A stretch of DNA of 64,000 bases. Origin: Gammaproteobacteria bacterium. Its GTDB lineage: Bacteria; Pseudomonadota; Gammaproteobacteria; Magnimaribacterales; Magnimaribacteraceae. Positions 40,950 to 50,032 of this stretch are shown here, piece by piece. The position numbers were made by a program, and so were the translations under genes. Numbering within the stretch: the first letter of the stretch is position 1; every line of letters begins with the position of its first letter. The stretch is from assembly GCA_015660645.1 (NCBI GenBank), contig DQKS01000070.1:5417-69416 (forward strand). The letters are read 5' to 3'. Below the pieces are notes generated by a model. It searched no databases, was not told the DNA's origin, and was given only the letters and a program-made list of their open reading frames with translations.

Positions 40950-41978
40950 TTAATCAGGATCAGAAACTTTTAGAAGTTGCTTGCCTATATTTTTTCCAGA
41001 ATATAATCTCAGAAGAGTTTCTGGAGCATTTTCTAATCCCTCAGCAATATCTTCTTGATAAACAATTTTTCCTTCTTTTACCCAAGTACTCAACTCTTCT
41101 ACTGCATCTTTGAATTGATTGGCATAGTCTAAAACAATGAACCCTTCCATTTTAGCTCTTTGAATAATAAGAGAAATGTAGTTGGAAGGTCCAGGAGGTT
41201 GCACTTCTTCGTTGTAACCTGAAATAGCTCCGCAGATTACTATTCTGGCATTTTGGGCAATTCTTAAGAGAGAGGTGTTTAAGAATTCACCTCCAACATT
41301 ATCAAAAATTACATTAATACCTTCGGGACATAATTCTTGGAGAGTCGAGCCTAGATCAGCCGTTTTGTAATCAATAGCAACGTCAAAATTAGCTTTTTCT
41401 GTTAACCACCTGCATTTTTTAGCACCACCAGCAGTTCCTATGACTTTACAGCCTTTTATTTTTGCTATCTGTCCAGCTATAGACCCCGTTGCTCCAGCAG
41501 CCCCAGAGACTAATACTGTATCTCCTGCATTGGGTTTCCCAATATCTAATAGGCCAAAATAAGCAGTAAGGCCTGTAATTCCAAACACGCTTAGAGGTGC
41601 TGTAATAGGAATATCAGCCGGTACATGAGCGGCGTTCATTATTCCTTTGCCATCACTGATCGCAAAGTCTTGCCAACCAAATATTCCTTGGATTATATCT
41701 CCTTCTTTGAAATCAGGATTTTTTGATTCAATAACTTGTGCAATAGAGCTTGCCCTCATAACTTCGCCTAGCCCTACCGGCGGCACATAACTTTTTTTGT
41801 CTTCCATCCAACCTCTCTGAGCTGGATCAAAACTTAGATATAAGTTCTTTACAAGAAATTCACCTTCTTTTGGAGTTTGTACTTCACTTTCTAACCAATC
41901 AAAGTTTTTTTGTGACACCATTCCTTTGGGTCTACTAGAAAGCAGCCACTGTCTATTCTTGTAGTTTTTTAAAGTCAT
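40950..41978 (-). CDS. NADP-dependent alkenal/enone double-bond reductase (MDR, PTGR1/YncB/CurA-like)
   Basis: 342 aa MDR. SGAAGATGS nucleotide motif. N-terminus ...NRQWLLSSRPKG... is typical of this subfamily. Confidence 0.78.
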   Translation of the reverse strand: MTLKNYKNRQWLLSSRPKGMVSQKNFDWLESEVQTPKEGEFLVKNLYLSFDPAQRGWMEDKKSYVPPVGLGEVMRASSIAQVIESKNPDFKEGDIIQGIFGWQDFAISDGKGIMNAAHVPADIPITAPLSVFGITGLTAYFGLLDIGKPNAGDTVLVSGAAGATGSIAGQIAKIKGCKVIGTAGGAKKCRWLTEKANFDVAIDYKTADLGSTLQELCPEGINVIFDNVGGEFLNTSLLRIAQNARIVICGAISGYNEEVQPPGPSNYISLIIQRAKMEGFIVLDYANQFKDAVEELSTWVKEGKIVYQEDIAEGLENAPETLLRLYSGKNIGKQLLKVSDPD

Positions 41979-41983
41979 AAGTT

Positions 41984-43393
41984 TTAATTACCCTGACGCC
42001 AGTTTCCGTGAAAACCGTAAGGGATTCTGTGAGGAAGCTTTGCAATTGCTATGGGCCCTTTGCTTACGTCATTGGCATTTAATATTAATAAGTCAGATCT
42101 ATTTTCAGCTCCTCTGTGAGCAATGGTCAGTAAATAGCCATCACCTTCTTCAGATTTTTGATTTTTTGGAATAAATACAGGCTCACCCAAAGTGTCGTAT
42201 TTATTTAACGTATAAGATTCCTTAGTCCCCTTTATGTGGTCGCGATGAACAACGGAATTAAAAGAATACCCGTCAGGATGTCCACCAATTCCTGCAGCGT
42301 AATACCCGTGCCTATATTCAAGCATGCTTCGTCTTTCATCGAGACGTGGGAATTCGCCCATGTCTCCATCTAAGTAATCAGATTTAAAAGATTTGGAATT
42401 AGATTCGAGATCTATTTCCCATCGGTTTAATCTTGCTTCCGCTTTCTTTGGATCGCCTTTGGCGCCGTCAGCATGTGGAAATAGAGGGGCTTCTTCAAAT
42501 TGCATGACATCAGCTATAATCTTTCCATCTTTCGTATAAGCATTCATTGGGTGAAAAACATATTTCGCTTCATTATCGAACCATTGAATATCTTGAACGG
42601 TTCCATCCCTTGGCATAACACCAACATGTGTGCCTTTGTCAGGGTCCCAAGCAATTGGTGACTGACCTTTTACAACTCTATCAAAATCTATAGTCAGAGG
42701 AAAAATAGGAAAAATAATATGTTGGTCAGTAACCATAAAATCATGAACCATACTGGCAAAGGGCGCCTCAAATTCTTCATAAGATTTAAGTTCACCTTTT
42801 GAATTAATAACAAAATAACTCATTTTTGAACTAAAGAAATCTCCTGCCGTATAACTAAATCCGTACATATCACCTGAGACGGGGTCAATTTTAGGATGAG
42901 CTGTCATCGGAGATTTTAATTTTCCTCCATAATCATATGCACCTTTTGATTCCAGAGTTATGGGATCTAATTCGAACGGAACATGAGCTTCCTCTAGAGC
43001 CAATAATTTCCCAGCATGAAATATAATACTGGTATTAGCGGTTCCATCCTCACCCTTTGGATCCCACTGCGGATCCGAGTTCATTGGACTTAAACCATCT
43101 ATAAGAGATTTTCCCGCTTTGCGTTCTTGTTGCCATTTAGAAGTTTTTGACCATCGGTTTAAGTACGAGACACGACCGTTTTCAAAATGAAAAGCATGAA
43201 CCATTCCATCTCCACCAAACCAATGGTATTGATTAAGGGGTGGGAATTGAGGATCAGGACCGTTTCTGTAGAAACTACCATAAAGGTCTTGAGGAATTTC
43301 TCCCTCTACAATTAAATCATTGACTTCACACTCCATTCGCAAAGGAGCATAGTTGCCGTTTAAGTTTGGATGGTCTGGATAAGTTTGTGTCAT
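41984..43393 (-). CDS. Carotenoid-cleavage/lignostilbene-type dioxygenase (RPE65/CCO family)
   Basis: Four-His iron set in context: TAHPKIDP, MVHDFMVT, VFHPMNAY, GFHGNW. Confidence 0.88.
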   Translation of the reverse strand: MTQTYPDHPNLNGNYAPLRMECEVNDLIVEGEIPQDLYGSFYRNGPDPQFPPLNQYHWFGGDGMVHAFHFENGRVSYLNRWSKTSKWQQERKAGKSLIDGLSPMNSDPQWDPKGEDGTANTSIIFHAGKLLALEEAHVPFELDPITLESKGAYDYGGKLKSPMTAHPKIDPVSGDMYGFSYTAGDFFSSKMSYFVINSKGELKSYEEFEAPFASMVHDFMVTDQHIIFPIFPLTIDFDRVVKGQSPIAWDPDKGTHVGVMPRDGTVQDIQWFDNEAKYVFHPMNAYTKDGKIIADVMQFEEAPLFPHADGAKGDPKKAEARLNRWEIDLESNSKSFKSDYLDGDMGEFPRLDERRSMLEYRHGYYAAGIGGHPDGYSFNSVVHRDHIKGTKESYTLNKYDTLGEPVFIPKNQKSEEGDGYLLTIAHRGAENRSDLLILNANDVSKGPIAIAKLPHRIPYGFHGNWRQGN

Positions 43394-43416
43394 TTTTATC
43401 TTTTGTTTTCTTTATT

Positions 43417-44424
43417 TTAATTGAATTTTAAATGGTCCGATATAGTAGGAATAATTTCTGTAAGCAATTCATCCGGTATTTCATGTCCCACACCACTAAG
43501 AATCAATTTTTTTGCGCCTGGAATATTATCTACTAAGGACATTCCATGATCAATTGGTATAAGAGGATCTTCTGTTCCGTGAATAATTAAGGTTGGCATA
43601 CTTATTTCTTTCAATCGGCTGAACCTATTAGGACTGGCGCCTACTGCTGCTGTTTGGGCATTGGATATATTAATTCCTTGGTTTATCCTCATTTTTGCTT
43701 TTTCTTTAAAACTATTCTCATTAAAAGGAAATCGTGATCCCGTTAGAGCTCTTTCTATTATAAACAAAGCTTCCTCTTCTTTTTCGAGCAAATTAAGCAA
43801 AAAAGATTCTCTCATGGCTTCTTTAAATATCTGAGTAGGTCCTGAAAGTCCTTTGGTATCGAATCCTGGTGTTGTCATAATAGCGGTAAGAGTTAACACT
43901 TTTTCCGGATAATTTAAGGCCATAACTTGAGCGATCATACCTCCCATAGAAGCTCCTACTATATGAGCTTCATCTATACCTAAATGATTAAGTAATGAAA
44001 GTCCATCCATAGCCATATCGTTAAGGTTATATTCCGCTGGAACTGCTTCCATATTAAAACGACCATTTTCGTCAAACATAACATTGAAGATAGCATTCAC
44101 GAAAGCCTCAATGATGAAAGTAGGTAGAGTTTTTATAAAGCTTATAAGAAAAGGCTCCTCGGTAACCCAGGTGCTTTTACCTATATCACGGTTGTCATAA
44201 ACAATTACATAAAAATCTTCATCTGATAATTTTTTAATAAAATTTTCTGACCAAACTTTACTATTTGAGTTTAGTCCCATGATCAATAGGACAGCAGGGT
44301 TTTTTGGGTCTCCTTGAGCTTGCCACCATATGTCTATGCCATTCAGGTGGGTAATCTGTTCTTTCTCCTCAGAGAAGAGATAAAAGGTACTGAGCAGAGA
44401 AATTAATAAAAAAACCTTTTTCAT
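43417..44424 (-). CDS. Alpha/beta hydrolase, exported paralog
   Basis: Signal-like MKKVFLLISLLSTFYLFS and GxSxG in VGASMGGMI. Colinear with the neighbouring gene. Confidence 0.8.
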   Translation of the reverse strand: MKKVFLLISLLSTFYLFSEEKEQITHLNGIDIWWQAQGDPKNPAVLLIMGLNSNSKVWSENFIKKLSDEDFYVIVYDNRDIGKSTWVTEEPFLISFIKTLPTFIIEAFVNAIFNVMFDENGRFNMEAVPAEYNLNDMAMDGLSLLNHLGIDEAHIVGASMGGMIAQVMALNYPEKVLTLTAIMTTPGFDTKGLSGPTQIFKEAMRESFLLNLLEKEEEALFIIERALTGSRFPFNENSFKEKAKMRINQGINISNAQTAAVGASPNRFSRLKEISMPTLIIHGTEDPLIPIDHGMSLVDNIPGAKKLILSGVGHEIPDELLTEIIPTISDHLKFN

Positions 44425-44459
44425 TTGGGGTTTTATTCTAGTGTTCAGAAAAGATTTAA

Positions 44460-45416
44460 TTATCCGTTAGAACCTTTAAACAGAGTTAGCATCTCATTAA
44501 TAATTTCTGGAAGCAGTTGTTCTGGAATTTCGTGACCTACACCATCCATAATATATTTTTTAGCATTAGGAATAGTGTCAAATAAAACCATACCGTGATC
44601 TAAAGGTAATATTGCATCTTCCGTACCATGTATAACTAAAGTAGGAACTCTAATTTCATTAAGCCTCTCTTTTCTGTTGGGACTAGCGCCTACAGCATCT
44701 CCATGTCCAGCATGTGGGTTATGACCATGTGCCATGATAGGCTTCAATTCTTCTCTAAATTTCTTTTCATCGAAAGGAAATCTTGAACCAGTTAACTCTT
44801 TGTAAATTCTTACCACTCCATCCTCATACTTGCCTTGAATGTTAAGTAAAAATGATTCTTTTATTCCTTCTACAAGGCTTGGTGTCATGCCTGATAAATT
44901 AGGGTCCCCCATACCAGGGCTAGACATTATGGGTGTTAAAGTTAAGGTTCTTTCTGGGTAATCTAAGCCAATGACCTGAGTTATCATTCCTCCCATAGAA
45001 GCTCCAACTATATGAGCTTTATCGATACTGAGATGATCCATCAAAGCAATAGCATCTTTAGCCATATCACTAAGGTCGTATTTTGAATTCGCTGTTTCAG
45101 AAGGTACAAAATTTCCTTCTTCATCCGTTAGAGCACCAAAAACATAATTGATTAATTTACTAGAAACACTCATTGGAAGAAGTTTCGCAATTTTAGAAAT
45201 AAAAGTTTCCTTATTAAACCAAGTACTTTTCCCAACGTCTCTATTATCAAATCTTAAAACATGGAGATCGTTTGCTACTAATTCTTCTATGAGTTGATCT
45301 GGCCATTGCATGCAATTTGCATTTGCACCCATAATTAGTAATACAGTAGGATTGGATTTATCTCCATAGTCCTCCCACCAGATATCAATATTATTTACTT
45401 TTGCAATTTCTCCCAT
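44460..45416 (-). CDS. Alpha/beta hydrolase, cytoplasmic paralog
   Basis: VGASMGGMI. Shares IDIWW, VLLIMG, DNRDxGKSTW, LTGSRFPF, AVGASPNR, HGTED and GVGHEIP with 43417-44424. No signal peptide. Confidence 0.8.
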   Translation of the reverse strand: MGEIAKVNNIDIWWEDYGDKSNPTVLLIMGANANCMQWPDQLIEELVANDLHVLRFDNRDVGKSTWFNKETFISKIAKLLPMSVSSKLINYVFGALTDEEGNFVPSETANSKYDLSDMAKDAIALMDHLSIDKAHIVGASMGGMITQVIGLDYPERTLTLTPIMSSPGMGDPNLSGMTPSLVEGIKESFLLNIQGKYEDGVVRIYKELTGSRFPFDEKKFREELKPIMAHGHNPHAGHGDAVGASPNRKERLNEIRVPTLVIHGTEDAILPLDHGMVLFDTIPNAKKYIMDGVGHEIPEQLLPEIINEMLTLFKGSNG

Positions 45417-45437
45417 ATACCTCTCCTAATTTATTTA

Positions 45438-46577
45438 CTAAGTCTTGTGTGGTGTTACTAGGTATTTTTCACCAGTAGCTTGTTTAGCATAAGCTTTAAT
45501 GGTTTCCGGCTGAAGCATTTCTTCAAAAGATATTTCTTGAGTGTAATGACTGGCAAAAGTTGTTTTAATCTCTTTGGCAACTCTTTCTCTCATCTGTTGA
45601 AATCTCTCCATACCAATTTTACCTATCATAGGAGTTAAGAGCCATCCTCCAAGGGCCCATTGCATGCCAAATGACCTATTTAAAATGGTAGGTGATTGAT
45701 CTAATCCGCCATAGATATAGACCTGTTTGAAGGTATCGGATCCGTATCTGCTGTACTCTTTAGCAGTTTTATTAGCTGCTATTTCCATGGCTGATAGTAT
45801 TTGACCAGCAAGCTTACCTTCGTTTCCTCCTCCGGTAGCATCAAAGCCTAAAGTCGCACCTGTTGCTACTAACGCATTCACTAAACTATCCATAAAATCA
45901 GGCTCACTAGTGTTGCATACATGCTCTGCACCAAGATTTTTAAGAAGATCAACTTGTTCAGATTTTCTAACAATATTTACAAGAGGCACTGAGTCGTCTT
46001 TACAAACTTTTACAAGCATTTGTCCTAAATTGGATGCAGCTGCCGTATGCAAAATAGCACTATGATTTTCTAATTTCATGGTCTCAATAAATCCTAATAC
46101 TGTTAAAGGATTAACAAAAGAAGAGGCTGCTTCTGCTGAAGTCGTACTGTCATCCATGACCAAGCAACTGCTAGCCGCCACGCACCTGTATTGTGAATAC
46201 ATAGCACCACCCGCTACACCAACTGTTTTACCTATAAGCTGCTTAGCATCTGCGCCAGCATCTTCTATAACTCCACCACCCTCATTACCAACTTTCATGG
46301 ATTGGTCCAGTCTTGGAGTCATGGCCTTCATTAAACCTGGGTGTATTTTCATTTTTGCAACAGTTTCATCTCCCGAGCCTGAAACATTCAGACTATCAAG
46401 GTCGGCTGCAAAACTGATTAGAAGTCCTAAATCAGAAGGATTAATAGGAGAGGCCTCTACTTTTATTAAAACTTCATTTTCTGAAGGCGTAGGTTTTTCC
46501 ACCTTAGCTATAGAGATTTCTATATTCCCGTCGCTCGTTACAGTTGACCTTATTTCTTTCGAATTCTTTTGTGACAT
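45438..46577 (-). CDS. Medium-chain dehydrogenase/reductase (quinone/enoyl reductase-like)
   Basis: 379 aa. ...EVLIKVEASPINPSDL... is typical of the MDR N-terminal domain. Confidence 0.72.
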   Translation of the reverse strand: MSQKNSKEIRSTVTSDGNIEISIAKVEKPTPSENEVLIKVEASPINPSDLGLLISFAADLDSLNVSGSGDETVAKMKIHPGLMKAMTPRLDQSMKVGNEGGGVIEDAGADAKQLIGKTVGVAGGAMYSQYRCVAASSCLVMDDSTTSAEAASSFVNPLTVLGFIETMKLENHSAILHTAAASNLGQMLVKVCKDDSVPLVNIVRKSEQVDLLKNLGAEHVCNTSEPDFMDSLVNALVATGATLGFDATGGGNEGKLAGQILSAMEIAANKTAKEYSRYGSDTFKQVYIYGGLDQSPTILNRSFGMQWALGGWLLTPMIGKIGMERFQQMRERVAKEIKTTFASHYTQEISFEEMLQPETIKAYAKQATGEKYLVTPHKT

Positions 46578-46656
46578 GTTTTTCTCCTTTTGTTATAAAT
46601 AATAGGCGCCTACTCTTATATTTGTGTAAACAAAATTTTTGCAAGGGGTAGTTTGT

Positions 46657-47283
46657 TCAGACATTCTTATTTTCCCTTTTGTGATTTAATTTCTTGTTAA
46701 ATTTAGAAAAAAGAAAAATAGCTAGGATAGTAATTACAAGAAAACCAGCTAACAAAGCTAAGTTGCTTAAACCTTCAAACAACACTTTACTTGCAAAGAA
46801 CCCTGGTAAAGAATAGAGCGGAGCCCATATTAATCCTGAAAAAAGGTCTATCCCTAAGAAATGTTTAAATTTCATGCCCATTGAACCAGCAGTTATAGGC
46901 ATAACTGGCCTAACAGGGCCAATAAATCTTCCTATAAATACTCCTAAGACTCCGTAAGTTTTAAAAAATTCTCTGCCTTTTATAAGCCAACCCGGATTGG
47001 TTCTGAAAGGCCAAATAGAATCAATTCTTTTATGTAGTCTCATACCTATGAAATAACTAGATATATCAGCAATACAACTGGCAGAGTAGACAATGATTAA
47101 GACAGAGGCAACGTTCATATCTGCGGAAGCAGCCATTCCTGAAATTATGGCGAGTAAGACAACTCCAGGAACGAAGATTCCGATTATTGCAAAAGACTCA
47201 ACAAAAGCTGCAAAGAAAAGACCCCAGGCAACCCACTCAGGATTCTGTTGCAACCATAGAATTACTCCATCTATATCAAACAT
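46657..47283 (-). CDS. DedA-family membrane protein
   Basis: 208 aa, multi-TM. ...FVESFAIIGIFVPG... and ...GRFIGPVRPVMPITAG... are DedA hallmarks. Confidence 0.82.
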   Translation of the reverse strand: MFDIDGVILWLQQNPEWVAWGLFFAAFVESFAIIGIFVPGVVLLAIISGMAASADMNVASVLIIVYSASCIADISSYFIGMRLHKRIDSIWPFRTNPGWLIKGREFFKTYGVLGVFIGRFIGPVRPVMPITAGSMGMKFKHFLGIDLFSGLIWAPLYSLPGFFASKVLFEGLSNLALLAGFLVITILAIFLFSKFNKKLNHKRENKNV

Positions 47284-47328
47284 CTTATAATCACTATTTA
47301 AATAAGCTTTCCTATAGAATATTTGGTT

Positions 47329-48597
47329 ATGGAAGATAGTAAAGACATAAATAATTATATGAACTCCCTGGGGGCGGCTGCTAGGAGCGCAGCTGCGGAT
47401 TTGGCAATGGTATCTACAGAGATAAAGAATAATGCTTTACTTTATATGTCTGAGGAAATTGACACTCGTCGAGACGAGATTTTACAGTGCAATAAGGTTG
47501 ATTTAGAGAAAGCAAAACAAAAGGCTATTGGAGATGCTTTGATAGATCGCCTTGAATTAACTGAAGCGAGAATAGATGGAATGATATCCGGCTTAAAAAT
47601 AGTAGCAGATCTTCCTGATCCGGTAGGAGAGATAGAAAATTTGAAGCCTACACCATCGGGTTTAGAGATCAGTAAAATGCGTGTCCCTTTAGGTGTTGTA
47701 GGTATTATTTACGAATCAAGACCTAATGTTACGGCTGATGCTGCTGCATTATGTTTAAAATCCGGAAACGCTTGCATACTAAGAGGAGGGTCTGAGGCAA
47801 TTTTATCTAATTCAGTTATAGCTGAATGTTTAAATCAAGGATTAAAGAGAGCAGGTTTATCGGAAAATATTATTCAGATTGTAAATACGACAGATAGAAA
47901 GGCAGTCACAGCCTTGTTAAGAATGGAAGAATTTGTTGATGTTATTATCCCTCGTGGAGGCAAAGGCTTGGTCAAGTTAATTTCGGAAGAGGCTAGAATA
48001 CCGGTAATTAAACATTTAGATGGCATATGTCACGTTTATATTGATAAAGAAGCAGATTTAGAGCAAGCGATTAACATAACACTCAACGCAAAAACTTATA
48101 GGTATGGTATATGTGGTGCCATGGAAACTCTTTTAATACACCAAGAAGTATCTACAAAAGTTTTGCCTGAATTAAGCTCCAAGTTGATTGAAGCCGGAGT
48201 AGAATTAAGAGGCTGTGAAAAGACTTGTAAGATTATTAATGCAAAATTGGCTAATAGTGAAGATTGGGTAACTGAATATTTAGCACCAATACTATCAATC
48301 AAATTAGTTAAAGATCTAGACTCAGCCATCAACCATATTAATACATTCGGTTCAGCACATACCGACTCAATAGTCACTTCAAATGAAGACAACGCAAAGT
48401 ACTTTATGAAGAAAGTAGATTCAAGTTCTGTGATGCACAATGTTCCTACGTGCTGGGCAGACGGTTTTGAATATGGTTTAGGGGCTGAAGTTGGAATATC
48501 AACAGATAAAATCCACGCAAGAGGACCGGTTGGTTTAGAAGGGCTAACTTCACAAAAATACTTAGTAAAAGGTAATGCGCAGATAAGAGGCGCTTAA
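47329..48597 (+). CDS. proA: Glutamate-5-semialdehyde dehydrogenase
   Basis: Colinear with E. coli ProA ([41 protein letters not shown]). The start is the ATG at 47329 or the TTG at 47323. Confidence 0.93.
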   Translation: MEDSKDINNYMNSLGAAARSAAADLAMVSTEIKNNALLYMSEEIDTRRDEILQCNKVDLEKAKQKAIGDALIDRLELTEARIDGMISGLKIVADLPDPVGEIENLKPTPSGLEISKMRVPLGVVGIIYESRPNVTADAAALCLKSGNACILRGGSEAILSNSVIAECLNQGLKRAGLSENIIQIVNTTDRKAVTALLRMEEFVDVIIPRGGKGLVKLISEEARIPVIKHLDGICHVYIDKEADLEQAINITLNAKTYRYGICGAMETLLIHQEVSTKVLPELSSKLIEAGVELRGCEKTCKIINAKLANSEDWVTEYLAPILSIKLVKDLDSAINHINTFGSAHTDSIVTSNEDNAKYFMKKVDSSSVMHNVPTCWADGFEYGLGAEVGISTDKIHARGPVGLEGLTSQKYLVKGNAQIRGA

Positions 48598-48600
48598 CTA

Positions 48601-49239
48601 ATGTCTAAATTAATTGGTGTGTTTGGAGGTACATTTGATCCTGTACATAACGGTCATACAAAAATAATTCTAAACCTTCTTCAATTAATATCTTTTGATG
48701 AAATTAAGGTAATTCCTAACGGCGTGCCTCCTCATCGTGCTTCGATAGGCTCAAATAATGACAGACTAAAGATGGTCTATCTTGCTTTCCAAGGAATCAA
48801 TCAAATCTCAATTGATGAAAGAGAAATTCATAGAAAAGGACCTTCATATGCTATTCACACTGCTAGAGAGATTTTAAATGAATTTCGTGAAGATAGGATA
48901 GTTTGGATTATGGGTTCTGATGCATTTTCTGAGATAGATAGCTGGTTTGAATGGGAAGAGTTTATTGATCTAGTTAATATATTAGTAATGGCTAGGCCTG
49001 GCTCTAAGATAGACACAACAAGCAAGGCTCAAAGTCTTATCAAGGATAGGCAGGTTGCTGATATAGGTCTTCTCGAAGAAGGGGCGGGTAATATTCTTAT
49101 CGTGGATATTGATCCAGTAAATATTTCATCAACGCAAGTAAGAAAAAATATAGGATGCGGCGAAGGGGTTGGTGATTTAATCTTAGAAGATGTCAGTGAT
49201 TATATAGAAGCAGGAAAATTGTATACTAAGAACATATGA
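48601..49239 (+). CDS. nadD: Nicotinate-nucleotide adenylyltransferase
   Basis: GGTFDPVHNGH motif and conserved position after proA. Confidence 0.9.
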   Translation: MSKLIGVFGGTFDPVHNGHTKIILNLLQLISFDEIKVIPNGVPPHRASIGSNNDRLKMVYLAFQGINQISIDEREIHRKGPSYAIHTAREILNEFREDRIVWIMGSDAFSEIDSWFEWEEFIDLVNILVMARPGSKIDTTSKAQSLIKDRQVADIGLLEEGAGNILIVDIDPVNISSTQVRKNIGCGEGVGDLILEDVSDYIEAGKLYTKNI

Positions 49240-49562
49240 ACACTTCCAAGATGAAAGACATAGTTTTTGAGAGTTTAATTGATATAAAAGCAGTTGATCC
49301 TATAGCCATAGATGTGCAGAAATTGAGTTCAATGACTGACTACATGTTGATTGCATCTGGCACTTCTAATAGACATATTCAAGCTATTAGTGAGAGTGTG
49401 ATAGATGGCTTAAAGTTCAATAAAATTAAACCTGTAAGAGTTGAGGGGAGTATAGGAGATGATTGGATTTTGGTTGATGCTGGAGATGTTATTGTTCACC
49501 TTATGACCAGTCAAGCAAGGGATTTCTATGATCTGGAAGGTTTATGGGATCCAGATTTATAG
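49236..49562 (+). CDS. rsfS: Ribosome silencing factor
   Basis: 108 aa. ...DYMLIASGTSNRHIQAI...VVHLM...R.FYDLEGLW. Confidence 0.88.
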   Translation: MNTSKMKDIVFESLIDIKAVDPIAIDVQKLSSMTDYMLIASGTSNRHIQAISESVIDGLKFNKIKPVRVEGSIGDDWILVDAGDVIVHLMTSQARDFYDLEGLWDPDL

Positions 49563-50030
49563 ATGAATATTAACTTTCTTACTATAGAAAGTAGTAGACC
49601 TAGTTGGGCAAAAGAAGCTTTTGAAGATTATTCTTCGCGATTTAATAAATCTATCAAAGTAAATTGGAATGGCCTAAAACCGCTTAAAAGAACTTCAAAT
49701 TACAATAAAGATAAGACTATTTTTCAAGAAAGTGAACTTCTTTTATCAGCGGTTAAAGAGAGAAGTTATCTTGTCTGTCTAGATAAATCAGGTAAAAGCC
49801 TGGACACTCTCCAATTAAAATCTAGGTTTGAAGGTTGGCTTACAGCAACTAATAATCTAACTTTTTTAATAGGTGGTCCTGATGGACTGAGCCAAAATTG
49901 CCTCGATAAATCTAATGAAAACTGGTCTCTTTCGCCTTTAACTTTTCCTCATGCAATAGTTCCTGTAATGATTATTGAACAGATTTACAGAGTGTGGTCA
50001 ATGACACAGAATCACCCCTATCACCGTTAA
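49563..50030 (+). CDS. rlmH: 23S rRNA (pseudouridine1915-N3)-methyltransferase
   Basis: 155 aa SPOUT protein. ...FLIGGPDGLS...SLSPLTFPH...EQIYRVWS...HPYHR. Confidence 0.9.
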   Translation: MNINFLTIESSRPSWAKEAFEDYSSRFNKSIKVNWNGLKPLKRTSNYNKDKTIFQESELLLSAVKERSYLVCLDKSGKSLDTLQLKSRFEGWLTATNNLTFLIGGPDGLSQNCLDKSNENWSLSPLTFPHAIVPVMIIEQIYRVWSMTQNHPYHR

Positions 50031-50032
50031 GT

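Noticed and set aside
46078-46602. 174-aa plus-strand ORF
   Set aside because: It is entirely antisense to the well-supported MDR dehydrogenase (45438-46577). It is Ser/Pro/Ala-rich and low in complexity, a typical shadow ORF.
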